A stretch of 64,000 nucleotides of DNA from Balanoglossus misakiensis (GCA_040954595.2 CM082581.2:12212286-12276285); one strand, 5' to 3'. Counted from the first letter of the stretch, positions 1 to 14,600 are shown. A program made the numbers and translations. The notes: generated by a model from the sequence alone, not told the origin.

Positions 1-831
1 GTAGTGATCTTTGTTCAAAATGTTTGACAAGTCAGGGTTGATAAAAAATAATGTCGTTATATGACTCTGGGGAATGATGTCAAATTACATCACAGACACT
101 CCGAATTCCCCTGGCGTACGTTTGACCACAAGCAAATACAAAGACGCAAATAGCAGAGACGCGTGTCTTTTCATGTAAAAAATACAAATTCCATAAGCAG
201 TATTCCATGCAAACAACAGAGTTTCAACTGGCGGGCACGCGAGACAGTTCACGCCATTCTGACCATAAATTATTAGAATAATTTCAATATAGCTACGGGG
301 GAGAAAAGGCTTTCATTTTGAACCTGTCAACGTAGATTATATGTTTATTCTTTGAGATCTTGCATGATGGAGTAAGCTAGATAATTACTGAGCACCAACT
401 GTGACGTGATTGTTATTTAAGAAAATATTGATGGGATTAACACGGCCTGACGTCATCATGGTGACTTGTTCTACTGACGGGGTCGTATAAGGACACCAGT
501 GCTTTGAAAAACAAAATTTCGCAGACCCTTTTGCATCCAATCTTATCTCTGGGGTGGGAGTGCCCTGGTGTGATATAACGTTGTGTAAGTTACATATAGC
601 TGTAATGGGAAGAGATAGAAAGACCACAGCAAGTGTACCCGGATTTTATTAAATTAACCCTGTGAGCGATATTTTGATCCCTTTCTCAATAATTTGGTGG
701 ACTTGGTAGCGGAACATTGAGCCAATGGACATACTAGCCTTGTTGTGACTGCAATCCAGAATATCAACACTGGCTATTTTCCTACAGTAGGAGCTTAAAA
801 GAGTTGAAATATTGAAATGAAGTTAACTCAC

Positions 832-895
832 CAAGTGCAAACGAGTCTTGCACAAACAGCACAAACCAGACAGCGGCATAAGTATGGAAAAGCAT
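832..895 (-). CDS. Exon 1 (signal peptide) of a secreted or membrane protein, probably a second Cys-loop/nAChR-type subunit; gene continues toward or past the left edge
   Basis: Reverse strand reads ACC-ATG, then MLFHTYAAVWFVLFVQDSFAL+G and a phase-1 GTGAGT donor (826-831). It shares the MLFH start and phase-1 intron with exon 1 of the nAChR at 10330-10369. No downstream exons were identified in 1-825. Confidence 0.55.
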
Positions 896-3800
896 GGTTA
901 GGGCATACAAGACAATTCTGACGCAACTGCTTGACGATTCGTCTCAGCGTTGACTGAACCTCAAGCGACTTGCACGTTCGCGATATCGAATGTCAGACAT
1001 ACGCGTTGGGACCTGTTTGTACTTATACTATCGGCGCGGCAGTTTCGCTGCCAGCAATGCTAATGGGAATTCTTTCAATTGTTATGCGTGGAAAGTAATC
1101 GACGTAAAAGCGATCTGGGTGATGATCGCAGATTCGTTCTCTTAAGTTAGATGGATGGACAAGAACGACAAAATTCCCGCGTATTTTGTATAGTTTAAGC
1201 ACCCTTTGACTAGCCCACTAGTCGCTCGGTGATTTTTGGAATCTCAATACTTTTTGTGTGATTGCGGTGATTTTTTTGTCTTCTAAACTTGCCTTGGGGA
1301 AAATATGGGGAAAAGGTTTATGTTTGATTTTCAAGGCACATACTACTTTAAAGTAAAATTAGAAGGTGTCAAAAGTTGATGTCATGGGGTAATCCTAGTT
1401 ACTAGGGGTGAAAACGTCTTTGATGTTATCTATAAATTCCCAAATCATTCCAGAACGTGTTCAGCTTGTTTCAACAAAGCACACGCGTGGATTTAGCACT
1501 ACCGACATACCAGAATTAACCTTTTAACCACGTTTATTGAGAATTGCGATCTTATATAATGGAACCGAGTAAGGCAATCCAAATCAAGTGAATCAATGAG
1601 AGCTCGTATACTAGGATTGTGCTTGTATAATTTTGGTTGAAGAAGCCCTATACATCAGCTCATCTATTCAGTAAAAATCCCTCTCACACGCTCTGTACGA
1701 GTTGCGATGCGCGGCGGACGACTGAACCTTTGAGAGATTATTATTGGCGTGTGATCTAACATTGTTCTCCTACATATGTCCAATTATTGTGACGAGCTGG
1801 CAAATTCTCGATGGACCAGATGAATTGCGTGAATGGAGAATGATTGCTAGAGGCCTTGTATTTCCTCTGGAACGTGTACAGTTTGTTTAGGTAATATGCT
1901 AATCAATGTCAGGTATGATGACTCGGTGCCGAGCACATGGGGACATAGGGTAAAATTATTTGCAGTTGAAGTATAGACCTCCTTTCTACGTAAATGTGAG
2001 AATATCTTTCCGTCTTTAGTGTAGGCCTACGTGCCAAAATCATCAGCGAGCATGGAATGTTTGCATGCATAGTTACTTAATAATTCTAACTATACAGACA
2101 TAAAAATAGCATTTACTAACATTCTCACATTTCGAAATAATAAAAGTTTAAAGCATATTTAATTAAACGTTTGTATTATATGTCAGCAGATTAACATTAC
2201 AGATATTAAAAATGTAATCCGTTCAAGTAGTTAGGCATGGAGACATTCTTTCTCCGCTAATATGCCGCCATTGTTCATTTTATCTGTCGGCGATACTGCT
2301 TTTCAAATACCTTGTACTAGTGGTGTATCGTTGTAATACAGAAATATTTCTCTATGTCTACTTTATACGCCGGATATTTGAAGCACGTAGATTGATAGGT
2401 TGTTTATCTCGCCGATATTTGCTCAATGACATTGTCAGAGCTCGACTCACGTTGATATCATACGAATACCTTTGCCCTTGGGGGCAAGGTTTCTGATGAA
2501 CATTTAAGATAAAAATGTTAGTTCACTTCTCGAAAAACAGACACACACAATTGATGATTTCCACAATTGTGAAAGGTAAATAACTCACATCATCCCATTA
2601 TGTAAGAAAGGGTATCAACAGCGAATGTTGTGTGGACGCAGGGGGTGAATGAAAAGAGATACATCAATGTCCTGAATGTGGTTTGATAATCATATTAATT
2701 GCAAACCCATAACGTTTGACGAGTGAATGGTGGAACGTTGATGCGAATTGCAAAAAGGGCGTTTGACGGGATGTGTTTATAGCATTGACCCAGCGAACAA
2801 GGACGAATATATACGAGTATAGCAGAGCATGTTAGAACCAGCAAAAATGCGATATTAGAAATTATGAGTTCATCTTACCCGTCAGTAACCAGTGTGATTG
2901 TAGTGGCCACGATAAAGTCAGTGTAGCGATAAGGGCACATATAAACGTATATATTGAACAGACACTGTGTTAGGACTTTAACACAGTAGGTAGGGCCTAC
3001 ATTTATAATTCTTTTGTGGTCCCGTTTGCCATTTTTTCAAATGATCTATTTAGCGAATACAGAATCCTTTGTATCCATTATCGCAATTTACGGAGCATGA
3101 CAGTCATTTGACTTCGACCTTATAAATGCTGGTACGTGTACGTCCGTAAGTTTTTCCCCGAGAGCATGTTAGCCTCAAACTCAATACGACAACAGTATTC
3201 GGTGCGGTGTTCATTTATATTCGATGCTTGCGCACTCTTGTAAAAACTCAGTTTCTCATTAAAGTTCATCTCTGCGGAAATTATGTTGATAAAACTAGAA
3301 AATAAAGGATAGCGTCCACCGTGTTACTATAAGTGCGAAACGATATTAAACACAGGGGTTTGTTTTAACAGCAGCAAAGCTGCATATGGGTGTTGCTATA
3401 ATTGGATTCAGGCCTTATTCACACTGCTGTCCAATGTCAGTGTTTCTTTTCAAACGAGAGATGTCCTCCGTTGACTATGTGCACGCGTACGAGCAAAGGC
3501 GATTTTTAAATAAGCAAGGTCGCTCGGCTAAAAACAGGGATAATGTAATATGTACTTAACATAAATAATTTCTTAGAAATTGCTTTAAGTACATTTTTGA
3601 AACGAGAACAAGCATGATCTACGTGTGTAGCTTCACTTAGTGGGCAATTACCATCTTCTCGTTTGTCCATAACCCTTATTATGAATAACGCTTGATTTTC
3701 ATATTAGAATTCATCAGCTAATAATGACTATAAATAATTAAATATAAGCCTTAACAAATTATGAAATGTATTAAGTACTTCAGTTTACTGTGCTATCTAA

Positions 3801-6746
3801 CAGTTATTTTACACACTCAGTAAACGTGACATGAATGAAAAGTATAATTTGTTGAAGGTACACCTGGGGTTTCTGTGAAATAGGATAGAGTGTCTCGTAA
3901 TTTGTTCACAGTTGTCATATAATTTAAGCTGGCACACACAGTCTAATGTGAAGAGACAAACACAGTTTCGTGTTTTAAGAGAAGGAAAAACTGAGTGCAT
4001 GATAAAGTAAGCGGCAGCTATAACAGACAGATAGCACCATAAGTGTAAATTACTTACCTTCTGAAAGAATGGCAACAAAACAAGCAAGCGTCAGGCAATG
4101 AAGGAGTAAAATATTGTTTCTGTGAGGTAAGCTTCGTCTAAGGATTTGGACCAACATGTTGATTTTTTATCCGGTTGTTCCGATCAAGTACTCATCGCAC
4201 CAGTAATGGATTGAGGCAATGATGTGTGTACGTTGCTCAAAGAGTTAAACCATCTCAGTTGACATCATTTTCTCGGCAGTGTGCAGGGATGCGTGGCCGC
4301 GTGCAGTCGAGTCGCACACAGGCGAGTACTGTACGAAAGTGGTACATACGTCACCACAGGGCCCGATCATCTCTCCAACAATGTTCAGTCTCTCAGTCTG
4401 GTCCGTAGGTAGTTAATCCCCCCCAAGTCCGGCGTAATTTATCAAACAGCGATCGCTCACAAACCTAGGGATGTTTGTCTGAACTGGACTTTTCAACCAA
4501 GGATATCACATTGTGACGGAGATCAGACCCGCACTTTTGTGTTCCTATTCAAAGAAACCGCCAAAACAATTTCCGAGCACTTATTGTTCTGGAAAAAATG
4601 ATAAAGGGATACAGGGAACATTCCCATGACAAAATGAACAAAACGCGATGATGATGGTTACCTCAAAAAAAACAAACAATAATAATTATCTGTTTCATCT
4701 TGTGCAGTTCATTGTACTCGTTTGTCCTTGTCTCGTTTGATTTTGTTTTGTATACATGTACATGTATCTATACATGTATCTACATGTATATACACGTTCT
4801 GCAGTTTTTAATCGGTGCTTTATTACAGTATATGAAAGAAAGTATCGTTTTTATTAACATCTGCCAATTCTTTTTTCGTACCCACGAACGCGTCGAGGGT
4901 TATCCAGCGCGCATGAACAAGGGACTAAGAAACTCAAGGAAATGGGAAGCAAATTTGCATATTTTATCATCATCGGGAGATGAGAGTAGGGAGAATTACG
5001 CGGCTGCTCACAACATGGCGAACTGACATGAACACATTTTTGAAAGTGGCCTAGCTAACATCTATTTAGAATATCGAAAGAAGAGAAGTTGGTCTTTTTT
5101 TGACAGGACATAGCATTTATTTTGGACAGAGAGCATACAACTGTGTTGGTGAATTTTATCACGAACTTTTGTATAATTCTCGTGCAGGCGGTTTTCATCA
5201 GATCACATCTAATTGTGCTCCAGGGTTGCTCTAAATTAAGAAACCACCGGGACGCTGTGGATATATTTAATGGCACGTATGTTTAATATGATATCAAACA
5301 TCCACCATACAGTCATGTCAAAGGAGTAAAACTTGTGCGCCCGCAGGCGACGGTATGTCAGGGTTTTGGTCGTAATTTGAGCGACGACGTTTTGAGCGGA
5401 CATAATTTAATGAAAAAACCACCGAAATTCAAGGATTGTTTTTATTGCTTTCCCAAGAAAACAAGAAGTGCCGTGAGTGATGTATTTGTAATTGCATTTT
5501 TCTGTGCAATGCAATCCTGTCCATCGAAAAGTGCCGGCGACAAGTTGACGGGTAGCCTCGGCTGGAGTCTTGAACGCACATGCGCAAAGGGATATTGAGA
5601 TCCGCGTTGACTGGCTGCCTCAAGACAGTAATTTCACCAGTACGCTCCTTAAATTATTCGCATTTGTGAGAATTGCTTCCACCTGAAATTAGTATCACAT
5701 TTAGCCCATCAAAGATGTTTTTTGCTCGAACTCCGATATAATTGCCAACGGATATGGATGTCTGTCAATATCTGTTAAGCTAAGCTAAGTTTCCTGTGGA
5801 AGTCATTCTCACAAATGGTTTCGATTACATGTAAATCTTTTGAACGCAGAAAATCCTGGTGGACTAAAGAATATGAACTATAGGCCCAAATAAGTCAAAT
5901 TATAACAGCGTGTAGCAGGACACTTTTAATTGCGGATGACTTTCAACTATCGTCCTGTTTTTGAAGATAACACGAACTGATCTTTGTGAAAATTTAAGGA
6001 CATTGGGAGTTAACCTGAGTCTTTTGACAGTGAATCTCTGGAGATCTTTCGCACGTAAAAATAATATAAGCCTAATTGATCTTTGACCATTGACAAGCAT
6101 CCTCTCCCTGGTGCATATCATACTCCACATGAGACACATTTTCGAAATATCTGTTTCGTTAAAATAACACAATAATTTGCGATGATTCAGCTCGACCACA
6201 GAGATTGTTGTTTATATTTTGATGACCAATTACATCCAATTTCTTCCGCTGCTGTGAAATTTTGTCAAGGACAAGGTTAAAGGACAGGTTTCTGAGGACA
6301 GGAGTCCAAGTAAATCTTATGACCATAACAATAAGTGTGATTGTTATATTTACTAAAATATTATTTTGTAATTGCAAAAAAACTGTTTAAAGTTTGAAAA
6401 AATACATTCATCATTAGTCACAATGTTATGTTCTACTCGTGCGTCAACTAAAAGAATACAGTCACATCTAATTTACATATATCTATATATTTTTTCCAAT
6501 ACATGTACATGATAGCTTCTTAAACGCAATATAAAAAAACTTACAAAAATCATAATTTTGTTATTAATCATTTCGATCTGAAGAAATAATAGCTTTTGTT
6601 ATCATCAGACCTCAGAAACATAGACCGTCGATACACACACGTCTCTTGGTGAAAGAGTACTATCAGTTAATTAATATCAAGGGTCTTCAAGTATCCGTGC
6701 TTTTCTCCATAAAGGTTATTTATGCACACAGAAAGCATTGAATGCT

Positions 6747-8084
6747 TCAATCACGTTGCATCAGTATGCCGAGCGAACCAATGAATATTGTGAGCGTGAC
6801 AAGGTATAAGCATATTCTGTCCACAACAATTGCAAGGTGCTTCCACTCGTCCAAGATCTGTAGAAAGAATGAAAGATAGTCAGTTAGACGAGACTAGAGT
6901 GCGATGCAGATTTTTGTGAAATCTGAATTTTCTGTACATAGACATGATGCGATTTATCAACTTACCCTGCATTCTGAACGTTTTTTCAACTTCCTCTCGT
7001 GTTGAAATTTCATAAACTGCATCACCACTTTCTCGAAGTTGGAACTGCCGTCCCCGTCTTCGGTCGCTGTCGTCGTCACTTTGCTTTTGATGCAATTTAG
7101 TGAGGAGAGGTGTCCGATGCTTATTTTGTTGTCTTGGATCAGAAGTACATCATCCTTTTTGTCAACTTCCAAGAAGCTGTCACCGTCAACCGCGCTTTCT
7201 TTTTCAGGAATGGGCACCACAGAGTTCCTTCCTATATTCAATTGACGGGGCGGTTCGTGTTCTTGAGTGAACTTTTCCCCAAGCAGCAGATATTTGGGCA
7301 AAATTTGCAGGAAAAACCTTCTGACCCAGGGTTTCATAGGGTACTGCTTGGTAGAACGATGATGGAGGTTGATTATGATCACCGTAGCGACCACTGACAC
7401 GGTCGTGATGGCCAGGACGAACAACAGGTATGTACCAATCAGAGGCGACGTGTCAGAAGTGGCCGGCATGATTTCCGCGATCAGGAGACTGAAAATGGAG
7501 ACCGAAATGAGGATCGATATGCAGAGTGTTATTTTCTCGCCGCTATCAGAAGGCAAGTAAAAGGTGAAGACGGTCAAGAAAGAGAAAGCGATGCAGGGGA
7601 TCACGATGTTTAACAGGTAAAACAACGGGCGCCTCTGCAAATGCAAATTGTATACGATGACGCTGTAAGCTTCGTCCGGACAACATTCATCGAAGTCTAG
7701 AAACGCGTGGACCGTGCTCTCGTTTGGGAAGGTCCATTCTACGTTGTCTATGTAGTTCTCCGTCGGCACGTAGTCATTTACCGGGTTGAGGATAATCATG
7801 CTGGCGTCGAAATCCCAGGGACCGAATGACATCGGACAGACCTGATGGTCAAATGGGAAGTACGTCACATCAATAGTGCAAGGGCTGACCAGTTTGGCCG
7901 GAGGAACCATCCACACCTCTCCGTAGTAATAGACGGTGACGTACTTCCAAGTTGGTAAAAGTTGCTGACCATCACCACTGTAAGAAAAAAGACAGTAATA
8001 AGATCAAAAATCTAAGTAGCAGTGAGTTTTCTAGAAATCCCAAGAGGTAGATTCGAAGTAATGTTTATCGCATGTACCCATTAA

Positions 8085-8164
<80 letters not shown>

Positions 8165-10369
8165 GCTAATTACCTGTTGTCCAAAACAAGGTCTGGATAC
8201 CAAAACCATTCAAACGGCACAGTGACGGATTCAATATTGCTGTAATTAGAAGGGTCCCACTGCAGACGATAGTCTATCCAATACTACAAGGGGAAAAGTT
8301 AACACGTAATCAGCTAAATTGCCTAGAACACTCGGAACAAAACAAACATAAACTGTGTAATTTTGTATTGCTGATAAAGTAAACTCTAGCCAGAATATTC
8401 TGGTGGCGATTAATTTTATTTAGGGATAACACGGCGGATATGGTCGCCATCATCCTTACCTGATTGAGCCAAACACGTGTGGTGATCAGCTGATTCTTCT
8501 CATCCTGTTCGTGAGGAAAACACAAAATATAATTGAAATGTCATGCTCCCAGCGGTATGTTTTAACAATTGATGCCGTGGTTTCCTCATAATAATTGCCT
8601 GCCAATCAAATTTGGATTTATCTACGGTTGATAAGCCAAATAAAACAATCTTGATTAGGGGGTCATAATTTTCCTGAGATTGGCAGAAATCGACTTACCA
8701 CGTCCATGATTTGATTGACAGATAACCCGAAGTTCATGATTATTGGAGTGTTAGTTTCATTGAGGGGTATAACATTTTTGTTGTAGCTTGCAAAGATATC
8801 CGTCTGTAACCTTCCAATTTCATCTGAATATAATGCACAGGTTCCACCTGAAAGGGAAAAGAAAACCGATTTAGTCTATCCGGAAAAGATTATCTATGAT
8901 TGTTCAGACGCTGCAGGGTCACACGACAAAAAGAAAACAACGTCCCGTCCATAATCATGTCTAATATGCACTGTATTGTATGATGCCAGTGGATTTAGAT
9001 CCAGGGTGTGGAAGTTACCAAGTTAATATAACAATTTTAACTAAATAGCTTCAGTACAAATTTTTCATGGCTAAAACAGAACACAAAAACCGACATTCCT
9101 GGTAAATGTAGTGTGCGATGAATATTTTATCGATTGTCCGCATTACGTAAGCATTATCGATCATTTCCGTCCAAGCTGAAGGAATTAAATGAATTACTTA
9201 GACTGTGCACACAAAAACCACTCATGCAATGATAATGGCAACTTTTGGTTAATCGATTTCGATATATCAGTCGACATTCTTTTCTGATGGCTTTACTTCT
9301 TATTAATTACTTTTCTGGTGTTGGGTTTCAGTTAATATAGCGATGACTATGACCAAATGTAAAAAGTAATTATTGTAAAATCGGTATTAATATTAGGTGA
9401 TTTACAGCCTTGTCGCGTGTCATGGTCACAGTAATTATACAACAAAATTGACTTTGTCTCATTTAGAAGTGGCCATATAATGTATACGCCACGACGTCTG
9501 TTGATTCAACTGATTGATCGTCTGGGGAAACGGAGTTAATCTCTACAGTGATCTGCAAGGCAAATGTTGTTTGTCTGTCCAGACGGTGGCGCTTATTTAA
9601 TACTCTGCTTTCGGTAATCGCTGCGATTATGTTCAATTGTGGCATTGAGCAGTTATAGAACTATGCGGTCTATACTAAGACTTGTCAGTTTGTTTAACTA
9701 GCCTGTCCAATAACAGTTCCCTACGCTGAACTTAAATAATTGTCACAAACGACCAGTCAAAGCCAGACTGGACATTAAGTTTTCTCCTTTAACTAAAGAG
9801 AGTTTTACACCATCGCAGAAGGGTGTGGAAAACGGTTTCTTTCAACTTGCTTTCAGGTAATCAACCCAACCACTGTCCCATTGAAATCGATCGCAACAGG
9901 AATACCCGGACCGCAAGCAGTTGACTAAGAAAGCATTGTTTTACACGTCACCATCGTAAATATTTAAATATTTCAAAAACGTTTCTTGCAGAAAGCTGTT
10001 TTACAATCGGCAATTAAGTCGGGTTTACTTTTCGATTCCAATGTTAACAAAGAGCATGAATATCACTTGCATTCAGTATGAAGTTTAAAAATCATCTTCT
10101 TCTCGTGACTTATCATGCGAAGCATGTCGTTTCGACGGTTGACGATTTCTCAAAACTAGTCGTAGAATAAGTACTCAATAAACGCAGTTTATACAGAAAA
10201 AAATACGCCGATATCTTTCGTAACTTAACATTTAACATTGCTTAATGACACATATACTCTGTGCCTTATCCTCGTGTGAAATTTACGACATGAGCGGGCA
10301 TGGCACTGCTCGGCAAAAATTTCGCTCACCTGTTGATAGTAACACTATAAGAAGTGCGTGGAACAACAT
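6747..10369 (-). CDS. Nicotinic acetylcholine receptor alpha-like subunit (Cys-loop cation channel), 6 coding exons
   Basis: Exons 10369-10330, 8847-8699, 8504-8460 (45 bp, DEKNQLITTRVWLNQ), 8283-8174 (110 bp, W..PDLVLDN), 7977-6966, 6857-6747, all GT-AG with consistent phases. Cys-loop CTIDVTYFPFDHQVC, vicinal Cys (DECC), M1-M3, GEK before M2, and M4 exon ILDEWKHLAIVVDRICL...QRD*. Confidence 0.95.
8086..8164. repeat. (AAC)n microsatellite in nAChR intron 4
   Basis: About 26 perfect AAC units. Confidence 0.97.
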
Positions 10370-11054
10370 GCAACTGGCAGAGTTCAGGAAGGGCGTCATA
10401 CTGGATATATCATAACACAGGTTTTGGACCATCCAATCCGACAGCTTTGGGTAAAACTCGATCAGATGAAAACTTTGTCTTAACTGACGCGTATCCGTTC
10501 GACTTAAGTTCTCACAACACTGATGAAAGGCTTAATTCTCTGCCGCCAATGTTTAGTTTGTCGCCAGGAAACAATAGGACTGCCGCATGACAAAAGATGC
10601 GAATCTACGTAATGCTATTGATTGGCACAATGGACTACATTTCCAGCCTTTCAATTATAAATTTAATCGATCACCAAGACACTAGTTCGTGTTGCCTGTT
10701 CGAAATAGGACGCCCCCAGGGACGAAAAGGCTAGATTCGTGTGTTTTCACCATCCGCAACGCAAAAGTGCTCATAGAAAATGTTAAACTATTTGTGAAAT
10801 GAACGGTCAGTACTTTGAAACAAACCCTCAAAATGATAAAACAGATCATGGTTTCTGTAGATAACAGATGAAAATTATAACTTTCTTTATTCTGTTCCCA
10901 TGCAGATGTTGGATATGCTGAGAGGAGAATAAGCGGTTGTCCGAGCAAATAGAAGACACACAGCAGAATACTGGTCTCATAAACGACTGAAGTTCATTGT
11001 TATGTACTTGTGTTGTTTTGATGTAATTTGTAAAATAAATATCGTTATTAGCCC

Positions 11055-11640
11055 GATAGCTAATAAACGCTCAAAAAATAATAACAAACTCTCGACTTTG
11101 AAAATTTTGCTCATTTTGGCATTTTCATGTCATATGCATAGGTTATAGGTCATGAACGCTCAAAAAATGACAAATTCTCGAATTTAAAAAAATTGCTCAT
11201 TTTGGCATTTTCATGTCATATGCATTGGTTATAGCTCATGAACGCTCAAAAAATGACAAATTCTGGACCTTGAAAATTTTGCTCATTTTGTCATTTCCAT
11301 GTCATATGCATGGGTTATAGCTCATGAACGCTCAAAAAATGACAAATTCTCGACTTTGAAAATTTTGCTCATTTTAAAATTTTCATGTCATATGCATGGG
11401 TTATAGCTCATGAACGCTCAAAAATGACAAATTCTCGACTTTGAAAATTTTGCTCATTTTAAAATTTTAAGGTCATATGCATGGGTTATAGCTCATGAAC
11501 GCTCAAAAATGACAAATTCTCGACTTTGAAAATTTTGCTCATTTTGGCACTTTCATGTCATATGCATGGGTTATAGCTCATGAACGCTCAAAAATGACAA
11601 ATTCTCGACTTTGAAAATTTTGCTCATTTTCTTCATTTTT
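11055..11640. repeat. Satellite B, left block: ~7 copies of an 85-86-bp unit
   Basis: Unit AAAAAATGACAAATTCTCGACTTTGAAAATTTTGCTCATTTTGGCATTTTCATGTCATATGCATGGGTTATAGCTCATGAACGCTC; GACAAATTCT recurs at 11255, 11341 and 11426. Confidence 0.95.
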
Positions 11641-14600
11641 TGAAAAAAATCATGGGTTATAGCTCATGAAAATCATCCAAAAATGAGAATTTTTCGACTT
11701 TGCGGAATTTCAAAATTTGGCCGATTTTTGAAAAAATCATGGGTTATAGCTCATGAAAATCATCCAAAAATGAGAATTTTTCGACTTTGCGTAATTTCAA
11801 AATTTGGCCGATTTTTGAAAAAATCATGGGTTATAGCTCATGAAAATCATCCAAAAATGAGAATTTTTCAACATTGCGGAATTTCAAAATTTGGCCGATT
11901 TTTGAAAAAATCATGGGTTATAGCTCATGAAAATCATCCAAAAATGAGAATTTTTCGACATTGCGGAATTTCAAAATTTGGCCGATTTTTGAAAAAATCA
12001 TGGGTTATAGCTCATGAAAATCATCCAAAAATGAGAATTTTTCGACTTTGCGGAATTTCAAAATTTGGCCGATTTTTGAAAAAATCATGGGTTATAGCTC
12101 ATGAAAATCATCCAAAAATGAGAATTTTTCGAGTTTGCGGAATTTCAAAATTTGGCCGATTTTTGAAAAAATCATGGGTTATAGCTCATGAAAATCAACC
12201 AAAAATGAGAATTTTTCGAGTTTGCGGAATTTCAAAATTTGGCCGATTTTTGAAAAAATCATGGGTTATAGCTCATGAAAATCAACCAAAAATGAGAATT
12301 TTTCGAGTTTGCGGAATTTCAAAATTTGGCCGATTTTTGAAAAAATCATGGGTTATAGCTCATGAAAATCATCCAAAAATGAGAATTTTTCGAGTTTGCG
12401 GAATTTCAAAATTTGGCCGATTTTTGAAAAAATCATGGGTTATAGCTCATGAAAATCATCCAAAAATGAGAATTTTTCGACTTTGCGGAATTTCAAAATT
12501 TGGCCGATTTTTGAAAAAATCATGGGTTATAGCTCATGAAAATCATCCAAAAATGAGAATTTTTCGACTTTGCGGAATTTCAAAATTTGGCCGATTTTTG
12601 AAAAAATCATGGGTTATAGCTCATGAAAATCAACCAAAATGAGAATTATTCGACTTTGCGGAATTATAAAATTTGGCCGATTTTTGAAAAAATCATGGGT
12701 TATAGCTCATGAAAATCATCCAAAAATGAGAATTTTTCGACTTTGCGGAATTTCAAAATTTGGCCGATTTTTGAAAAAATCATGGGTTATAGCTCATGAA
12801 AATCATCCAAAAATGAGAATTTTTCGACTTTGCGGAATTTCAAAATTTGGCCGATTTTTGAAAAAATCATGGGTTATAGCTCATGAAAATCATCCAAAAA
12901 TGAGAATTTTTCGAGTTTGCGGAATTTCAAAATTTGGCCGATTTTTGAAAAAATCATGGGTTATAGCTCATGAAAATCAACCAAAAATGAGAATTTTTCG
13001 AGTTTGCGGAATTATAAAATTTGGCCGATTTTTGAAAAAATCATGGGTTATAGCTCATGAAAATCATCCAAAAATGAGAATTTTTCGAGTTTGCGGAATT
13101 TCAAAATTAGGCTGATTTTTGAAAAAATCATGGGTTATATAGCTCATGAAAATCATCCAAAAATGAGAATTTTTCGACTTTGCGGAATTTCAAAATTTGG
13201 CCGATTTTTGAAAAAATCATGGGTTATAGCTCATGAAAATCATCCAAAAATGAGAATTTTTCGAGTTTGCGGAATTTCAAAATTTGGCCGATTTTTGAAA
13301 AAATCATGGGTTATAGCTCATGAAAATCATCCAAAAATGAGAATTTTTCGACTTTGCGGAATTTCAAAATTTGGCCGATTTTTGAAAAAATCATGGGTTA
13401 TAGCTCATGAAAATCATCCAAAAATGAGAATTTTTCGACTTTACGGAATTTCAAAATTTGGCCGATTTTTGAAAAAATCATGGGTTATAGCTCATGAAAA
13501 TCATCCAAAAATGAGAATTTTTCGACTTTACGGAATTTCAAAATTTGGCCGATTTTTGAAAAAATCATGGGTTATAGCTCATGAAAATCATCCAAAAATG
13601 AGAAATTTTCGAGTTTGCGGAATTTCAAAATTTGGCCGATTTTTGAAAAAATCATGGGTTATAGCTCATGAAAATCATCCAAAAATGAGAATTTTTCGAG
13701 TTTGCGGAATTTCAAAATTTGGCCGATTTTTGAAAAAATCATGGGTTATAGCTCATGAAAATCATCCAAAAATGAGAATTTTTCGAGTTTGCGGAATTTC
13801 AAAATTTGGCCGATTTTTGAAAAAATCATGGGTTATAGCTCATGAAAATCATCCAAAAATGAGAATTTTTCGACTTTGCGGAATTTCAAAATTTGACCGA
13901 TTTTTGAAAAAATCATGGGTTATAGCTCATGAAAATCAACCAAAAATGAGAATTTTTCGAGTTTGCGGAATTATAAAATTTGGCCGATTTTTGAAAAAAT
14001 CATGGGTTATAGCTCATGAAAATCATCCAAAAATGAGAATTTTTCGACTTTGCGGAATTTCAAAATTTGGCCGATTTTTGAAAAAATCATGGGTTATAGC
14101 TCATGAAAATCATCCAAAAATGAGAATTTTTCGACTTTGCGGAATTATAAAATTTGGCCGATTTTTGAAAAAATCATTGGTTATAGCTCATGAAAATCAT
14201 CCAAAAATGAGAATTTTTCGACTTTGCGGAATTTCAAAATTTGGCCGATTTTTGAAAAAATCATGGGTTATAGCTCATGAAAATCATCCAAAAATGAGAA
14301 TTTTTCGACTTTGCGGAATTTCAAAATTTGGCCGATTTTTGAAAAAATCATGGGTTATAGCTCATGAAAATCATCCAAAAATGAGAATTTTTCGACTTTG
14401 CGGAATTTCAAAATTTGGCCGATTTTTGAAAAAATCATGGGTTATAGCTCATGAAAATCATCCAAAAATGAGAATTTTTCGACTTTACGGAATTTCAAAA
14501 TTTGGCCGATTTTTGAAAAAATCATGGGTTATAGCTCATGAAAATCATCCAAAAATGAGAATTTTTCGACTTTGCGGAATTTCAAAATTTGGCCGATTTT

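Noticed and set aside
900-6700. Short ORFs between the two receptor genes
   Set aside because: No recognisable domains or consistent exon structure; treated as intergenic.
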